This document shows positions 1 through 13,817 of a stretch of DNA of 64,000 nucleotides, piece after piece. Location of the stretch: positions 186,001-250,000 of the forward strand of contig NC_089435.1 of NCBI RefSeq assembly GCF_026210795.1, given 5' to 3'. A program made the translations under genes and the position numbers. How positions within the stretch are numbered: the first letter of the stretch is position 1; each line of letters opens with the position of its first letter. The notes below the pieces were generated by a model. The model searched no databases. It was not told where the DNA came from and saw nothing but the letters and a program-made list of their open reading frames with translations. The stretch comes from Rhizophagus irregularis (taxonomy: Eukaryota).

Positions 1-539
1 GTCTCAGTTAAAACTTTATTTATTTCAATCATTTTTTTCTAAAGAAATATCAAGATCTTGAGATTACGTTTGTAAAAATATCGATCTTTCACACATGGAT
101 GATCGAATCGCTCTTTGCATACCGTGGATCGATATCAAACCCAAACTTTCTGAGAATATTATCTTATTGAATGTTAAATAAAGCACAGAGTATTTTGCAA
201 AAAGCATCTGTATTCCGATTACTGATTACTGTGTACAGTGCACCATTCTTGTACAGAAGTTAGCATACATATATTTTTATTTTTCCAAATTCAAGTAAAA
301 CAAATGATTATATTACAGATAAAAATATACATGACAATTTTTGTAACATCTGAATCGCAATGCACTTAATTAAAGCTTTAACTATTCAATAAGACCTATT
401 TCTTGCAAATTAAAATATGTATCTTAAAACAATCAGTCAATAATTCTTGCTGTTTGAAATCGCTTCTATGTTGGGATTCCTAAATCTCACAAAACCGTAA
501 TAATAGTAAGTTCAATTCGGCTGTATTTTCTGATGGGAG

Positions 540-3099
540 CCCCAAGACTAAATTAATTATTACTACAATTTTTCTTTTGAGGAGGTGAGGCTTCTGCATT
601 TGCAATCATGGTATTATCATTATCAATTTGCAAAGGATCACTTGTAATATACGTCAATATACTATTAAAACTTGAAGTAATCAAGTCCTAATATAAAATC
701 ATTAATTACATTAGTACCACACTACCACTGTATGTTGTACAAAATAGCCTGTGCAAAACAGTTACCCGCAACATCCATAAGTTTGAAGCAAAAATTGGCA
801 ACTCTTTGAAAAGTAAGAATGCAATTGTTGGATAGGAGAACATCATCTCGAGTTTGAAATAGTAAATTCCAGCAAATGGCAGCACATACTATATACATAT
901 AAGTTGTGATCTACAAGAATTTATGAATGGAAAAACATAAGTATACATCGTAGTAAATTTATCTATTCAGCTCATAAAATTTACCATATATTTGTACACC
1001 GTACACTTTATCCTCCTAAATTTTTCGAAGTCGCCTGAGTATTTGATGTATACATAATTCAAGATAATTTTAAGCATCTTTGCTGTTTTATTTCGATCCC
1101 CCACGTAATGGATATGATCAGGTTTTGATGGACTTCCTGAGACTTCCAAGGTCGAGAACTCTAAACCAATATCCAAAATTGACATTATTGCATCGATTTT
1201 ATTCCCAGAACACCGTCTATTATCATCTTTTAGTGAACGGTTGAGTAGAATAGCAGAACAACGCAAGGTCTTTTCACCCCTGTTGAAACATCAACCGTGT
1301 ATAATGAATGACTAACGGGTATGAAAAAAAAGCCATTACCTAACACATCAAAACTATTTTAACTTACCAGTAACATTTCAAAAGTGGTTTATCTTTAATT
1401 AACATTATATAGACGCGAGAGACATATCTGATAATATAATCATATTCGGTTTGCTCTTCTTTTGAAGAAATTTCTACTATTTGGGAACTGTTCCCGGCTA
1501 TGATAACACAAAAGTTCAACGAGTTCAATGTTAGCACAAATTCGATTGCAAAACAGAAATTATACAGGATATTTACTATATTTCATCAACTCCAAAGACA
1601 GCTTCTTCCATCTTATATTTCCCTCTTTGCGTAACTTTTCACATTCTGTCTTTATCGCATCACATAATCCTTTCACGGTGTTCTGACAAAATAAACATAA
1701 ATGGTCCCAGGAATTTTTTTCTCAATATTGGCTTATAAAAAACCAACAGCAAATCAAAATTCACTAAACATCCCTACCACATTTTTCGATATTTTTGTTA
1801 AATATTGCCTGACGTCTTCCGCCCGACCATCTTGATCAGCTAAGGAAATGGAGTCAGAATCTGACGCTAGCATAATTTTATTTGGCTCAGACATCAAAAA
1901 CTTCTCAATAGTGCTTATGATATTGTCCCACTGATATTTGAAGAGCTCTCGGGCTTTTGTCCCGGATGAACTGTTTGTGTCTATGATGTTGTAACGCATT
2001 AAGCTGTAAAATAAAGTTTTCATTAAAATTAATATCTATTGCGTATAACCATATAACAGGAACGATAAAAACAATTATACATACTCTTGTTTATGTATTT
2101 CATCGATATATTTTGTAGATTTGCGCCATCTTTCCATTGTTGACCGGATACATATATTGTTAATAATTAATTTAAAATCAACAGGCGCGCCAGAATTTTC
2201 TTGTAAAAGGTTGTCTTCTCATCATCATGGTCATTATTCCCCTCAACATGTACCGGGGAAAAAAATTTGTCTATTTTCGAGTCTGTTATCAAGTCTGTTT
2301 TCGTCCTTTTTGTTTGATTTTTATACTCGCCCTAAAAGATTGAAATACAATATGGTTAGTTCTGCTGATTCTCGACTACTAGCTAAAAAAAGACACATAC
2401 CTCTGGTCGATCTCTTTTTTTTTGGTACACATTTTGTATTGAAAATCACCTTGAAAATAGGCTTCTTGTTGTCCTTCTAACCCTAACCCTAACCCGGGAA
2501 CTTTACTAGTTATATTTCCAACTCCATTTACTATAGTCTATAGACCCATTTAAGTTCCCCTTAATTGATTGGTGAATGTTAATCTGCCTCTGTGAGCGCT
2601 TTTTCTCCCAATCATTTGCTTTCTTACGGTCAGGACCCTAGCATAAAAATTCTGGAATTAGTAACAATCCTTGACTAACATTTTCAATCCCACCAGAACA
2701 TCAGCCTGCCTAGAAAGCCAACTGTTGTCCCAGTGAGTCCAGTACTGGATCGGCTAGAAACCTTTTGCATCAGATAACCTAGAAAGCCATCTGTGCGTCA
2801 ATACTGGTTTCGTGGCTCGGCTAAAAACCTTGAATGACCGGCAACCTAGAAAGCCTCCGTTCACACCACTTTTTCATTGATTCAATAAAAATTAAATTTT
2901 CACTTGCCTTTTTAAAACAGATGAGAAGCAATTGTGCTCTTTCAGTCCTTTCTCCTTGTTGATTGTTAGCGATTTTCTCGAGACCTTTTGTATATTTGTC
3001 TACCTTTGCATCAAACGGTTCAGTATCGCACTCGTTTAGAAAGTCAATAAAGTTCCAATTCGTAGGATTCTTTTTAAAATATTCGTGAATACCGGACAT
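540..3099 (-). pseudogene. Multi-exon, frameshifted gene with a C-terminal PD-(D/E)xK nuclease-like domain (expanded Mucoromycota/Glomeromycota family)
   Basis: ORFs 2821-3099, 1754-2023 and 967-1266 are collinear on the minus strand with GT-AG introns. Motif RGEKTL...GNKIDAIM...LEVSG...DRNK. Frameshifts near 1005 (KVYGVQIY is out of frame) and near 885. Boundaries are approximate. Confidence 0.6.
2477..2495. repeat. Three tandem CTAACC (TTAGGG-type) telomere-like units
   Basis: ctaaccctaaccctaaccc read directly. Confidence 0.6.
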
Positions 3100-3305
3100 G
3101 ACTAATATATGTATTAGTCACTTTGTTGAAACGAATAATCGATAATGTAACGATGTAACGTCAAATGTTGCCAAGAAAAACTTACAAAGAAATTATACAA
3201 AAAAAGGCCGAAACACTCGGATTTTACGTGTTCATATGTGTACTTTGTGATTTTTTCTGAATAGTTAGTACTCCTATCCTTTCTATACACTATATATATA
3301 TTATT

Positions 3306-4330
3306 TTAATACAATCCATCAACACTATATACATAAATTCTCGCCGTAGTTACTTTTTCACCGAATGATATTGCTTGTGTGTTGCTAAATCCTTCACCAA
3401 TTCGCATCTTTATCTCACCAACGACAACAACATTTAATGGATCTAAAGTTGAATCTCTTTGAATGAAGACAAAATCCAGTTTTCGAGTTCCCAATAATGG
3501 CCAAGCATGTGTGTCTTTAACAATAAGCTTGTTGTTTAAAGTGCCAAACTTCTCTAGTGTATTCTTGTATTTCATCTACTGCAACTTTGTTGGCGAAATT
3601 GAAAACTTTCCGGGACCTTTTGCTTTAATAGTATCGATCAATTTTAATGGAAAGTCAATGTCAGGACCTTGTTACGCCGCATCATCATATCGGATAACGT
3701 TGAATAACCTAAACACAAATTATTAATGGCGTTTGCAGAAACGGTTGATTTGATCGGATTAATAACATACCTTGTGAACACATGCTTCCTTCCAACAAAT
3801 AACGTAATTTCTTAATTTCCACGATTTATTCTTCTTTGAAGACTTTGAATAATACCCCTCTTCAAAGAAGAAAAATTGTCTGTTCAAGGAAGAGTTTAAC
3901 ATTATTGGTTAGGAAATGGAAAAGAGATATCACCAGTGTGTATGTCAACAAAAAGACAATGTTATATTCGCCAACAATATCAAATACTTTCTTAATGTTT
4001 TGCTTCTTTTCCTGCATCTTATCGTCAAACTCGCCCAAAAAACACATTCGCGTTATCGTAGAGAGTCGTAATAAGTTTTGTCAACGCGAGTGAACGTTAT
4101 CTTGTCTGATTTCAGAACTAACGTACTTCGATTATATGTAACATACCAGAAACTAATAACTTTCTCAGATATTTAACCCTGAGATTCTTCCAGATTAGAT
4201 ATCTTGTTAGGATTGTTGGTGATATAAACCAGTAAGTCTCTAAATTCATCCTCTGTAATTCCAGATTCTAGGAGGAGAAGGCGGTTAAGTTCTCGACGAA
4301 CATTGGTTGCAGCAGAGGTAGAACCATAGA
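3306..4330 (-). pseudogene. Fragmented Crinkler/REase-fold-like gene remnant
   Basis: ORF 3306-3575 has TRKLDFVF...VVVGEIK, a PD-(D/E)xK-like signature. Upstream pieces are broken by stops and frameshifts. Confidence 0.45.
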
Positions 4331-5420
4331 AGTCGAGGTAGAAGCAGAGGTCAAAGACAGTTAAACGCGAATATGTTACTTTATTTGATTTAAATAATGT
4401 ATTATATTATTTTGTACGATAAATCCCGAAAGAAAGAATTTTTTTTTTGTATTGTATATGTATGAAATCGTCAGTCGCACAGATGATCTGATGATTAGCT
4501 AATCAGTTACGCGTGACAAGGCTTGGGAAGAAAATTGATAGTAGTAATGTGTGTAATATCTTTTATGAACCATTACAGGTAAGACAATATTTCGTTCCAT
4601 TTCTAAGCTTGGATTGAGGTTTTGCTAACATACTTATCATAGTTTTTGATAATTGCCATGGTTCAATTGGCTCATGTCCGGTTTCTTTTTCATATTTTTC
4701 GTACAAATCTTAACTGCAAAATAATATTCATTATTATGTAAAGATTACATATCATAATATTCCCTCGGACGTTACTTTTTTGGTATTTGTGTACGACTTA
4801 TACAGTATGTCTATATTAATAGTATTTCATGGACTCGTATTCAAACTATATAACAAATTAAGTATTTAATAAAAATCATGTGAATATTTTTTATTGATTA
4901 TTACTAGAAAAATCCATCATTTAATTATTGATCAGGCACTTACGTGACATTCAATCGAAAACAGCACGTTATTTCCTATTATACCGTAATTATTTAGAAA
5001 ATTATTTTAATTCAAAATCAACTATTTTAAAAACAAGATCTGCGCCTTTTTTGTAAACCTAATGATTGGGGTAATATTAGTTCTAGATAAATACTGTATG
5101 AAATTAAAGTTTTCCCAAATTATAATCCCCGATAACATGTAAAGATTATGTGTAACCCGGCAACTCATCTGTGAAACAAGTATTAATTAAATTAAGAATC
5201 ATAATTTATAATGAAAATGAAGTAAAAAAAGGAGGATGTCGATCTCAATGTGATTTTTACTATATACACAATATAGGATTTGATGAACATGAATGATTAT
5301 TATAAAAATGTAAAAAAAAATGTATATATATATATTACTAATATTTCATATTTCAAAAAAAAAATAAAAATAAAAATAAAAAAATAAAGAAGAGAAGAAA
5401 GAAAAAATTATAATTGAACG

Positions 5421-6722
5421 ATGTGGAATCTGCTTTTATTATTAATAACAATTGCTCTTTCTTCTTTGATACATCCCGTAAATTCAATATGTATGGATCA
5501 TGATCCAATAAATTTAAACAAGTTATTAATAGTAGATTGCGCACCTAAAGTACCTAAAGCACCTAAACAACAAAATAATAATAATAATAGTTTTCAATTA
5601 AATGATGAAAAATTATTTCAAATAAATTTTAATTGTCAAATAACAGATAATAATATGTGTAATAAAGTTGAAGACATATTTAATATGGCAGGGGATATTG
5701 TCACCTATGCTCTTGCGCTCAATACACCTATAATCGTTAATGCTAAATTTTACGTTATGGATCCAAAAGAATTAGGAGGGGCAACACCAACTAGATATAT
5801 TTCATTATTAGATGAAGATGATCAAGTAGAAAGATTTTATCCACAAGCATTGGTAAAACAATTACAATTAACATCACCTGTAACATTCTCATATTCAGAA
5901 TCAGATATAACAGCAGAATTTAATTCTTTGATAAATTGGCATTTTCCTGATGATAAAGGATCAATAAAAAAGGATCAATATGACATTTTATATACGATTC
6001 TACATGAAATTATTCATGGTTTAGGTTTTATATCAAGTTGGAGGGGTTTGGGTTTAGATACACCAGAAAAAGAATTAACTCCTTTTCTTGTAACTGGTTC
6101 AGATGATACTTCAATTACTTCATATGATATAGCAGAATCTCCATTTATTTTTCATGGATTTCGCGAAACTATATTTGATAAATTTATCATAATTAAGGAT
6201 AGTAATGGTATACAAACGAGATTATCATCATTCGCCAATGAATTAAATCAATTTAATACTAGTGCAAGTCAATTTATTGATTTTTATGATCAATTACAAA
6301 ATACTCCACAATATGAGGCAGCTAAAGATGTATTAATTTTTAGTACGACAAAAAATGATTTTATATTCATGCCTAAAGGTAGTAATAGTATTCCAGATGA
6401 TGGAATTATATTAGAAACGAAGATAAAACCTTATCAAGCGGGTTCTTCTATATCTCATGTAGATTCTATTATTTATAATATTGGTAATCCGGATTTTTTA
6501 ATGAGACGTGAAAGTATTTTAGGTGAATCACTTAATGATTTAGTTATTAAAAGTGGTAATATTACTGGAAGTGCTATCGGTCCAAAGTTACTTAATATCT
6601 TAAGTTCAATCGGATATAATTTAGCCGATAATCCGATTAAATCTTCTGCAACAAAACAATCGATAGTAGATTTTAATTTAATAATAACTTTATGCATAAT
6701 ATTTATAACATTGAACATCTAA
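5421..6722 (+). CDS. Secreted zinc metalloprotease-like paralog 1 (intronless, GPI-like C-terminal tail)
   Basis: 433 aa ORF with signal peptide, HEIIHGLGF (6003-6029), GSSISHVD...DFLM, GPKL...IGY, and hydrophobic C-terminus after SSA. Confidence 0.9.
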   Translation: MWNLLLLLITIALSSLIHPVNSICMDHDPINLNKLLIVDCAPKVPKAPKQQNNNNNSFQLNDEKLFQINFNCQITDNNMCNKVEDIFNMAGDIVTYALALNTPIIVNAKFYVMDPKELGGATPTRYISLLDEDDQVERFYPQALVKQLQLTSPVTFSYSESDITAEFNSLINWHFPDDKGSIKKDQYDILYTILHEIIHGLGFISSWRGLGLDTPEKELTPFLVTGSDDTSITSYDIAESPFIFHGFRETIFDKFIIIKDSNGIQTRLSSFANELNQFNTSASQFIDFYDQLQNTPQYEAAKDVLIFSTTKNDFIFMPKGSNSIPDDGIILETKIKPYQAGSSISHVDSIIYNIGNPDFLMRRESILGESLNDLVIKSGNITGSAIGPKLLNILSSIGYNLADNPIKSSATKQSIVDFNLIITLCIIFITLNI

Positions 6723-6906
6723 CGCTAATAAAATTTTATTATCAAATTTCATTATTATTATTATTTTTTTTTTAAAAAAAAAAAAATATGCAAAACTAAA
6801 TTGTTATTTCTAAATAAGGATTTGGTCGATTGTTACGTGGTATATAGACTTTTTACATGATTCGGTTATTATTTACAACCAAAATATGAAATTATTTTTG
6901 CTGTAC

Positions 6907-8428
6907 TTATAATAAATGAATTTTTATTAAACTCAATAAATTAATAATAAATATTACTTTGAAATTTGTTTTATAAGTTTTAATACCACCAGATTTTTCG
7001 TTACTTCCTTTACCATTATTTGTACTTGAGTCACCCGGTTCTATTGGTATACTCATAGTTGGATTAAAATCATTTCCATTTCCAATTATCGTGACACTTG
7101 GCTTATATGGGTTAGTATATTCTGGTGTGGAATATCTTATATGAATATTAAAAAAAAAAGAAAAAAAGATATTAGAAAAACGTGTAATAATTTTAATATC
7201 AACCCCCGTATTATCATGATTAAAATGCTTACCCCAATGTTTCCAATACTAGTTTTAGATTAGGTCCTATAATAGCATTATAACCTGCATTATTATTTCC
7301 ATTATGTGAAGTAATCAAACTATCTAAATTAGCTCCATGATCCGCTAAAAATTTCATAAGGAAATCACTCGTATTATTATATTTTTTAAAATCCACATGA
7401 CTTATGCTCGAACCTGTTTGATAAGGTTGTAATCTAGTCTCCAAAACAACTGATTCAATGGCTTTTGTAGTCCCTCTAGGTAAAAATCCCAATACATTCG
7501 GTGTAATAGAATAACTCATCATTTTTTCTGCTATTTTATATTGAGGTGAATTACGAAATTTTGTTACAAAATCTATATCATTTTCAAAAATTATACCAAC
7601 TTCTTTTTGAAATTTATTTATATCTCCTGTTAATGCTGATATTTTTTTTCCTGTTGGTATATGAATTAAATATCTATCAAATGCTGATTCTAAAAATCCA
7701 TTAAATTTAAATTGTTCTGATGGATCTTTACCAGTTATTAAAATTTCTGGTGTTAATGCTTTAGGTTGATCATTCATATAATCTTCCCATCCTGACGCAA
7801 ATCCTAATCCATGTACAATCTCATGTAAAACTACATATAAAAAATCCTGTTGATTACGTGTTATTGGAGGATCTCCTTCAAACCAAAAACTTGTTCCTCC
7901 AGCATTAAACAATGCCATTATATCGAAAGGTCCATATGAAGGATGTTGTTTAAATTGAAATTGTTTTACTAATGCTTGTGGATATAATCTAACTAATCCA
8001 TCATCATCTTGTAATGGAATCGTTCTAGCTGGTGTCGCTCCTCCTAATATTATAAGTCCATCTCCCTTTGGACATTCTCCTAACGAAGTACAAAAATCTA
8101 AGAAACTTGCATTTAATTGTATTGGTGTATTAATTAATAAAACAGATGATAATATTTTACCAGCTGTTTCAAATGCATTTTTCGCTTTATTACAAAGAAT
8201 ATCGTTTTTTATTCCACAATTGAATGTTAATACAATCATATTTTCATTATTTGGTTGTGTTAATTGTGATAATGAATCAAATTTAACGGAATTTTGTTGT
8301 AATGGGCATTCTACTGGTATCTTGTATGATTTTTTTAAAGGATTTGGGTAATCAAAACATTGTGATAATGTACCGAGAACATTTAAGGTTATTATTAATA
8401 AAATTATCATTAATAAACATATTTTCAT
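6907..8428 (-). CDS. Secreted zinc metalloprotease-like paralog 2 (2 exons, GPI-like tail)
   Basis: ATG at 8428 (MKICLL...). HEIVHGLGF, SSISHVD...DFLM. Intron after LG (GG|GTAAG); exon 2 (7135-6907) reads YSTPEYTNPYKP...KVIFIINLLSLIKIHLL*. Confidence 0.88.
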
Positions 8429-8910
8429 ATTTTTCAATGTCTGATTACTTTATGTATAAAAGGAAATGAGTGAATTATTATTATTATTTTTTTTTGTTTT
8501 TTTTTTAATGTCGAAGATAATGAAAGTATGGATAAATTGAAGAATTGAATAAAAGGAGTGAAAAGAATGAAAAAAAGAGAGGATGAAGAAGAAAAGGAAT
8601 GTCAGACAGTTAGACCAATAAAATATTAAATAATAATAATGTTAGTAACGATTCAATTAAACTTCCTTCTATTTGTAAAAGAAGTCGAGCTTGATTCGTG
8701 TTTGCTATGCATTTCATGGTCTTACAAAAAATAATAAAAATAATTAGATTATGAATTACCATTTCCATGCGTTTTTTTTTTTGATTGTTACCTATGTTAC
8801 CTTTGTGAAATCTTCAGAATTACACCAATTAATCTACAGAGCATTCTTGTGATCAATTAACATAATTATAACGATCAATTATGCGTCTCGATGATCCCTC
8901 TTGTATGGCA

Positions 8911-10259
8911 TCACACGTTTATCGAATATATTGGAGAAGGTTTATATGGAAGTGGATGATCTCTCGTAGCATAACTAATAAATAATAATAATAATAATAA
9001 TAATAAATTTTTTAACAAATTAAAGTTATATATGTACAATATATATGTACAAATCAATGTATTTACCCTAAAGTTTCCAAGATTAATTTTAATTGAGGAC
9101 CGATTGGACCACCAGAATAATCTCCACTTTTATCAAGTTGATATTGTATCGACCTTCCAGCAACAACACCAGGTCTCATTAAAAAATCTTTGGTTCTCGT
9201 GTATGTAGAAAATTGTAAATGATTTAAACTTGATCTTGAAAAAGGATTCAAACTTGTTTCTAACGTAATATTTTTTTTATCATGTGATTTAAATATAAGA
9301 GTACTCGGTTTACAAGCCAATTTATACAAATATTGAGCCACATAATATTCTGAAGATTCTTTAAAATAATTATATATTTCTTCATAAATTGAAAAGGTTT
9401 TTTTGGGAGAAAATTTTTGTAATTGAGGAGTGATTACATCTGACAGTCTCTCATTAGTAGATTTAAAATATATGTATTTATCAAAAACTTTTTCAATAAA
9501 TCCATTAAATATATAAAGATTTTCAATAGAATTATTATCATTTTTAATTATTAAATTATTTGATAAAATTTTTGGTGTTAAAGCTTTATGAATTTTATCA
9601 TTCCAGGCTGAAAGAAATCCTAATCCATGAATAAATTCATGAAGAACTACGTAAAGAAAATCAATTTGATTTTTTCCAATCGTTGAATTATCTTCAATAA
9701 ACCAATAATCTATTTTGGAATTAAATCTGGCTCTAATATCAAACTCTCCATATTCAGGATGTTGTTTGAAACGAAATTGTTTAACTAATGATTGTGGATA
9801 TAATCGATCAACTCCATCATCATCCCTTAATATTATTGATCTTGCAGGTCCCGCTGCTCCCATTATTCTACGAAATGGCGTATTTTTACATCGTTCTTTA
9901 TCCGTTTCACATAAATCTATGAATGTTGCATTCACATTTATTTTTGTATTAAGAATTAATGTCTCTGATATTATTTGTCCAGCTATTTCAAATGTTTTTT
10001 TGGCTTTATCACAAAGTACCAAATCCTTATTATCGCAATGAAATGTTATATTAAACATATTTTCATCATAATTTATAGGAGCTTTTTGAGAGGTTTGAGG
10101 GTCTTGTTGTGATGAATTGTTAGTATATGAACATGGTATTCGTTCTACGTGAAAATAATTAAACGGATCAGGATGTTCGTAACAAATTGCTTTTACAAAG
10201 TCAAATAAAATTATCACAAAAAATAGAAAGGAGAGATTGATATGTAAATGAAAGTTCAT
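8911..10259 (-). CDS. Secreted zinc metalloprotease-like paralog 3 (2 exons, no hydrophobic tail, likely soluble)
   Basis: Signal peptide, HEFIHGLGF, SSLNH...DFLM. Short exon 2 (8974-8911) reads YATRDHPLPYKPSPIYSINV*. Confidence 0.88.
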
Positions 10260-10792
10260 TATGTTTCATATTATCTCATATTATTACCAAAACCGAACCG
10301 AAGACTTTTATATTAAAAAGAAAAAAAAAGGCTGTGTTATTTAATAATAATAATCGGGATTTCCATTTGAGGCTAAACCAAAAATTCTGATTGGCTGAAA
10401 ATTTTATACTTTGTCATCAACCTGTCTCAAGCACATGGTCTAGACTTCAGGGGTGATAAAACAATATCAAAGTTTATTTTTTTTTATGCCTAATTGCCAA
10501 AATAAATAATTTTTCCGTTCTTTAATTACCCGGACATTCCTTCGAAATATTATTAATATAGCGGACTCTATATAGTTATTACATTTTAAGCAGCGATTAC
10601 GAGTTAAAAGTTATTTTGTTTTCCTTTTTTTTTTTTTAATCATTCTTAATCTTCTATCTCTTATGTAGAATCAGATAATCAATAATTTATCGAATAAATT
10701 TTAAGTTTGTTCTATAATAAATAATAGAAATTTAAAATAAATATAATAAACTGAATATCTTTCTTTAAAAAACCTCCGTAAAAATTGTAAAG

Positions 10793-11056
10793 TTAATACT
10801 CACATTGGTTACATTTTAATAAGTTAATTATCATGGATTTCTCTGAACAAGTTAACAATTTGTTATGTGAAATGACTCGACGCGCAGCTTCCCAATCATG
10901 TTGTTTATTACCATAACTTGCCACATCACAAGCCTCTCTAACAGCTAGTGCTACTATAAGAGTTCTATTTCTTTCCTCGTATGTAAAATTTTCTTCAATT
11001 TGGTTTTGATTATTATCACCATTATTATTTTGATTTGTTTCTTGATATAATTCCAT
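10793..11056 (-). CDS. Small 87-aa protein resembling the N-terminal helical module of Glomeromycota TKL kinases
   Basis: Clean ATG-TAA ORF with coding-like composition. The segment LIVALAVREA...KQHDWEAARRVISHNKLLTCSEKSMIINLL recalls the expanded kinase N-termini (recognised from memory, not searched). Confidence 0.55.
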   Translation of the reverse strand: MELYQETNQNNNGDNNQNQIEENFTYEERNRTLIVALAVREACDVASYGNKQHDWEAARRVISHNKLLTCSEKSMIINLLKCNQCEY

Positions 11057-11823
11057 TAACTAAAATAACTTTAATAAAAATGTTGAATTTTATTTATTGA
11101 TTTTTTTTTAAAAAAAAATTTCCACAAGGGGTATATACGGTAAAATATGTGAGGAAGAAAACGTATATTTATTATATTTCAATTTTAAGCATAATGGCGT
11201 TTCGATTATACTATTTCTAGATTTTTGTAATTGATATTGCAGGCTTGCAGCCAATCACATGAAAGTACAGAATTCTTGGTAAAGTTCTTTCTTAATGAAA
11301 TTTTAATTAAAATAAAGAAATAAAAGCATAAAGATTATCCATCTTTATTATTTATCAATTCGCCTACTCATTTATAAGAAAAAAAATGAATTATCACGTG
11401 ACCTGAACTCTAGTTAAAGAGGAGAGTTATACAGTGCTTTATTACAAATTGATAAATTGATTGTATTACCCCTGTTGTAAATTGACAATAATGGGAAGGA
11501 TTTTCGACATAAAAAATACTGCTTTCCCTTCGATCACAATCCTGTTAATGATGCACAATCTTCTTTAATAATTTAAATAATGTTCAATACGGATAAAAAC
11601 TATTTTCTAATGAGTCTGATGAAATCCGAATCAAACCGCAAGAACCCGGATCGAACATTAAATGTAATTTTGGAATAATAAAAAATTAATCTGTACCATG
11701 CATAGTAACCTCCCTTTACAAATCGTCATGACGTCATCTTTTATAAAAAATGATTAAATTTTTTACAAGGTAGAAATTGTGAATAAATTCAAGAATGCCA
11801 TTTTTTTATCGGTTATTAGACAT

Positions 11824-12065
11824 AGGGTCGCATTTCATTTCTCCCGACAATCATTTCACCGACAAGGGAATTTAGAATTAAGGTTAGGATTAGGTAAGGA
11901 AATTAGAGTTAGTATTAGGGTAGGATAAGGTTAGGGCTACCCTATAAAAAATTTTTCAGGATCACATGTCTGAGTTTCTTCGGAATAAAATGATCATTTA
12001 TCGGAGTTTTTTCCAGAATTTTTTTTTATAGGGATAAGTGGATGAAATAATAATTGTCGGTTGTC
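11824..12065. mobile_element. Degenerate MITE-like element with TTAGGG-like subterminal tract
   Basis: ccgacaa repeats on the left and ttgtcgg on the right; degenerate ttaggg tract at ~11876-11936; inner inverted repeat ccctataaaaaa/ttttttataggg (11940-12033). Confidence 0.35.
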
Positions 12066-12328
12066 ACGGACTCACGGGGTGGCACGTTGCGCCACTACAA
12101 TTTTTGGATATATGCCACAATAAGCTGGTGATACCCGAAATAAAAAAGATAGTCTTTAATCATTAATTCGGTTATACCATCTGGTATCCTTATACATCGA
12201 ACAATATAACTTTCAGAATATTTATATGTTTAAAGTATTTTATAATTTCCAACCTTTTTTTTTCCTAATTCCTTTCCTTCATCAATTAATTAATTACAAA
12301 TTTTTTCTTGAATATATCATATCGAAAA

Positions 12329-13817
12329 ATGATGAATTCATTAAAATTCATAATATCTTTGATTTTTTTTGTCGTAATAATAATTTTTCCTAATAAAACT
12401 ATTTCAATAAAATGTTTTAATCATCCAGATTTTTTCGAATTTTATAAAAGAAATCCTATAAATTATGAATTTATTAAAAAAAGATCATTAAAAACAAAAA
12501 GAACGTCATTTAATAATAATAATAATAATTTTCAAATAGAATTCACATGTGGAATTGATGATAAAATACTTTGTGATAAAGCTAGAAAAGGGTTTGAATC
12601 TGCTGGTCAGATAATTACTTCAACTATATCATTTAGGAACCCTGTAATAGTTAATGCATCATTTTATAATTTTTGTAAAACCGATAATCAATGTTCTTCT
12701 AGTAATGATAATAATATGGTAGCTGGTAAGTAAATTAAAAATAAAAAATAAAAATAAAAATAAAAACAAATACTAATAAATATTAATAACTATTGTAGGT
12801 GGAGCAAATCCAACAAAAACGATAGCATTAACAGATAATGATGGAATTGTAAGATATTACCCACAAGCTTTGGTTAAACAATTACCATTTGAACGTTATC
12901 CAGATTTTGAACCTTTTGATATCTCAGCAAAATTTAATTCTGAAGTAAATTATTGGTTTGAAGGAGATAAATTACCAATAAAATCTGATCAAACGGATTT
13001 CATATTAATAATTTTACATGAATTTATTCATGGATTAGGATTTGTTTCTAGTTGGAATGATTTTTTTAATTTTGCAAATCCACAAGGATTGACTCCAGTT
13101 CCAAGCGCCGATAATTTGAATTCGGGAATGTCATTTAACGGCTTCATTGAAAATATATTTGATAAATATTTGATATTTTTACCTTCAGGGGAATATGTAT
13201 CAAATGTTGCCGCTAAAATTAATACAATAGTAAATGAAAAAGGAAAATTTTACCAAACTCCAGAGAATTTTATTACGACATTTAAATCTTCTTCTCAATA
13301 TCAACAATCGGAAATGATGTTAAAAGCTGCTACAACATCTTTTTCTTTAGGATTTTTACCTAATAACACGAATAATTTAAGCGAAGCAATTATACTTGAG
13401 ACCACATTAAATCCTTTTAGAACGGGATCAAGTCTCGGTCATTTTGATCTTAAAACTTATATGAATACCTCCGATTTTTTGATGACTTATATACAAGATC
13501 CAGGAATGACACTTGGTGATTATATGTCAATTAGTGGTAATTATACTGGTGGTCCAATTGGTCCAAAATTAAGACAAATTTTGGGGACAATGGGGTAAAT
13601 ATACGATTATATTCGTTATTATATATATATTATCATTATTATTATCAACGTTAATACTTTTTAATATTGTAGATATGTTATAAAAGATGTTTATATAAGT
13701 CCATATACACCCAGTGTATCTCTCAATAAATTTTCAACGGCCGCAACAATAAGTAGTAATATTGGTTTTATGATATTTATTTTTACAACAATCATAATTT
13801 TTAATATTTTAATATAA
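12329..13817 (+). CDS. Secreted zinc metalloprotease-like paralog 4 (3 exons, GPI-like tail)
   Basis: Exons 12329-12725, 12799-13594 and 13673-13817 join in frame at canonical GT-AG sites. HEFIHGLGF, SSLGH...DFLM, Kex2-like KKR/KR sites in the pro-region. Confidence 0.88.

Noticed and set aside
2477..2495. Chromosome end or telomere
   Set aside because: Only three units and internal to the window.
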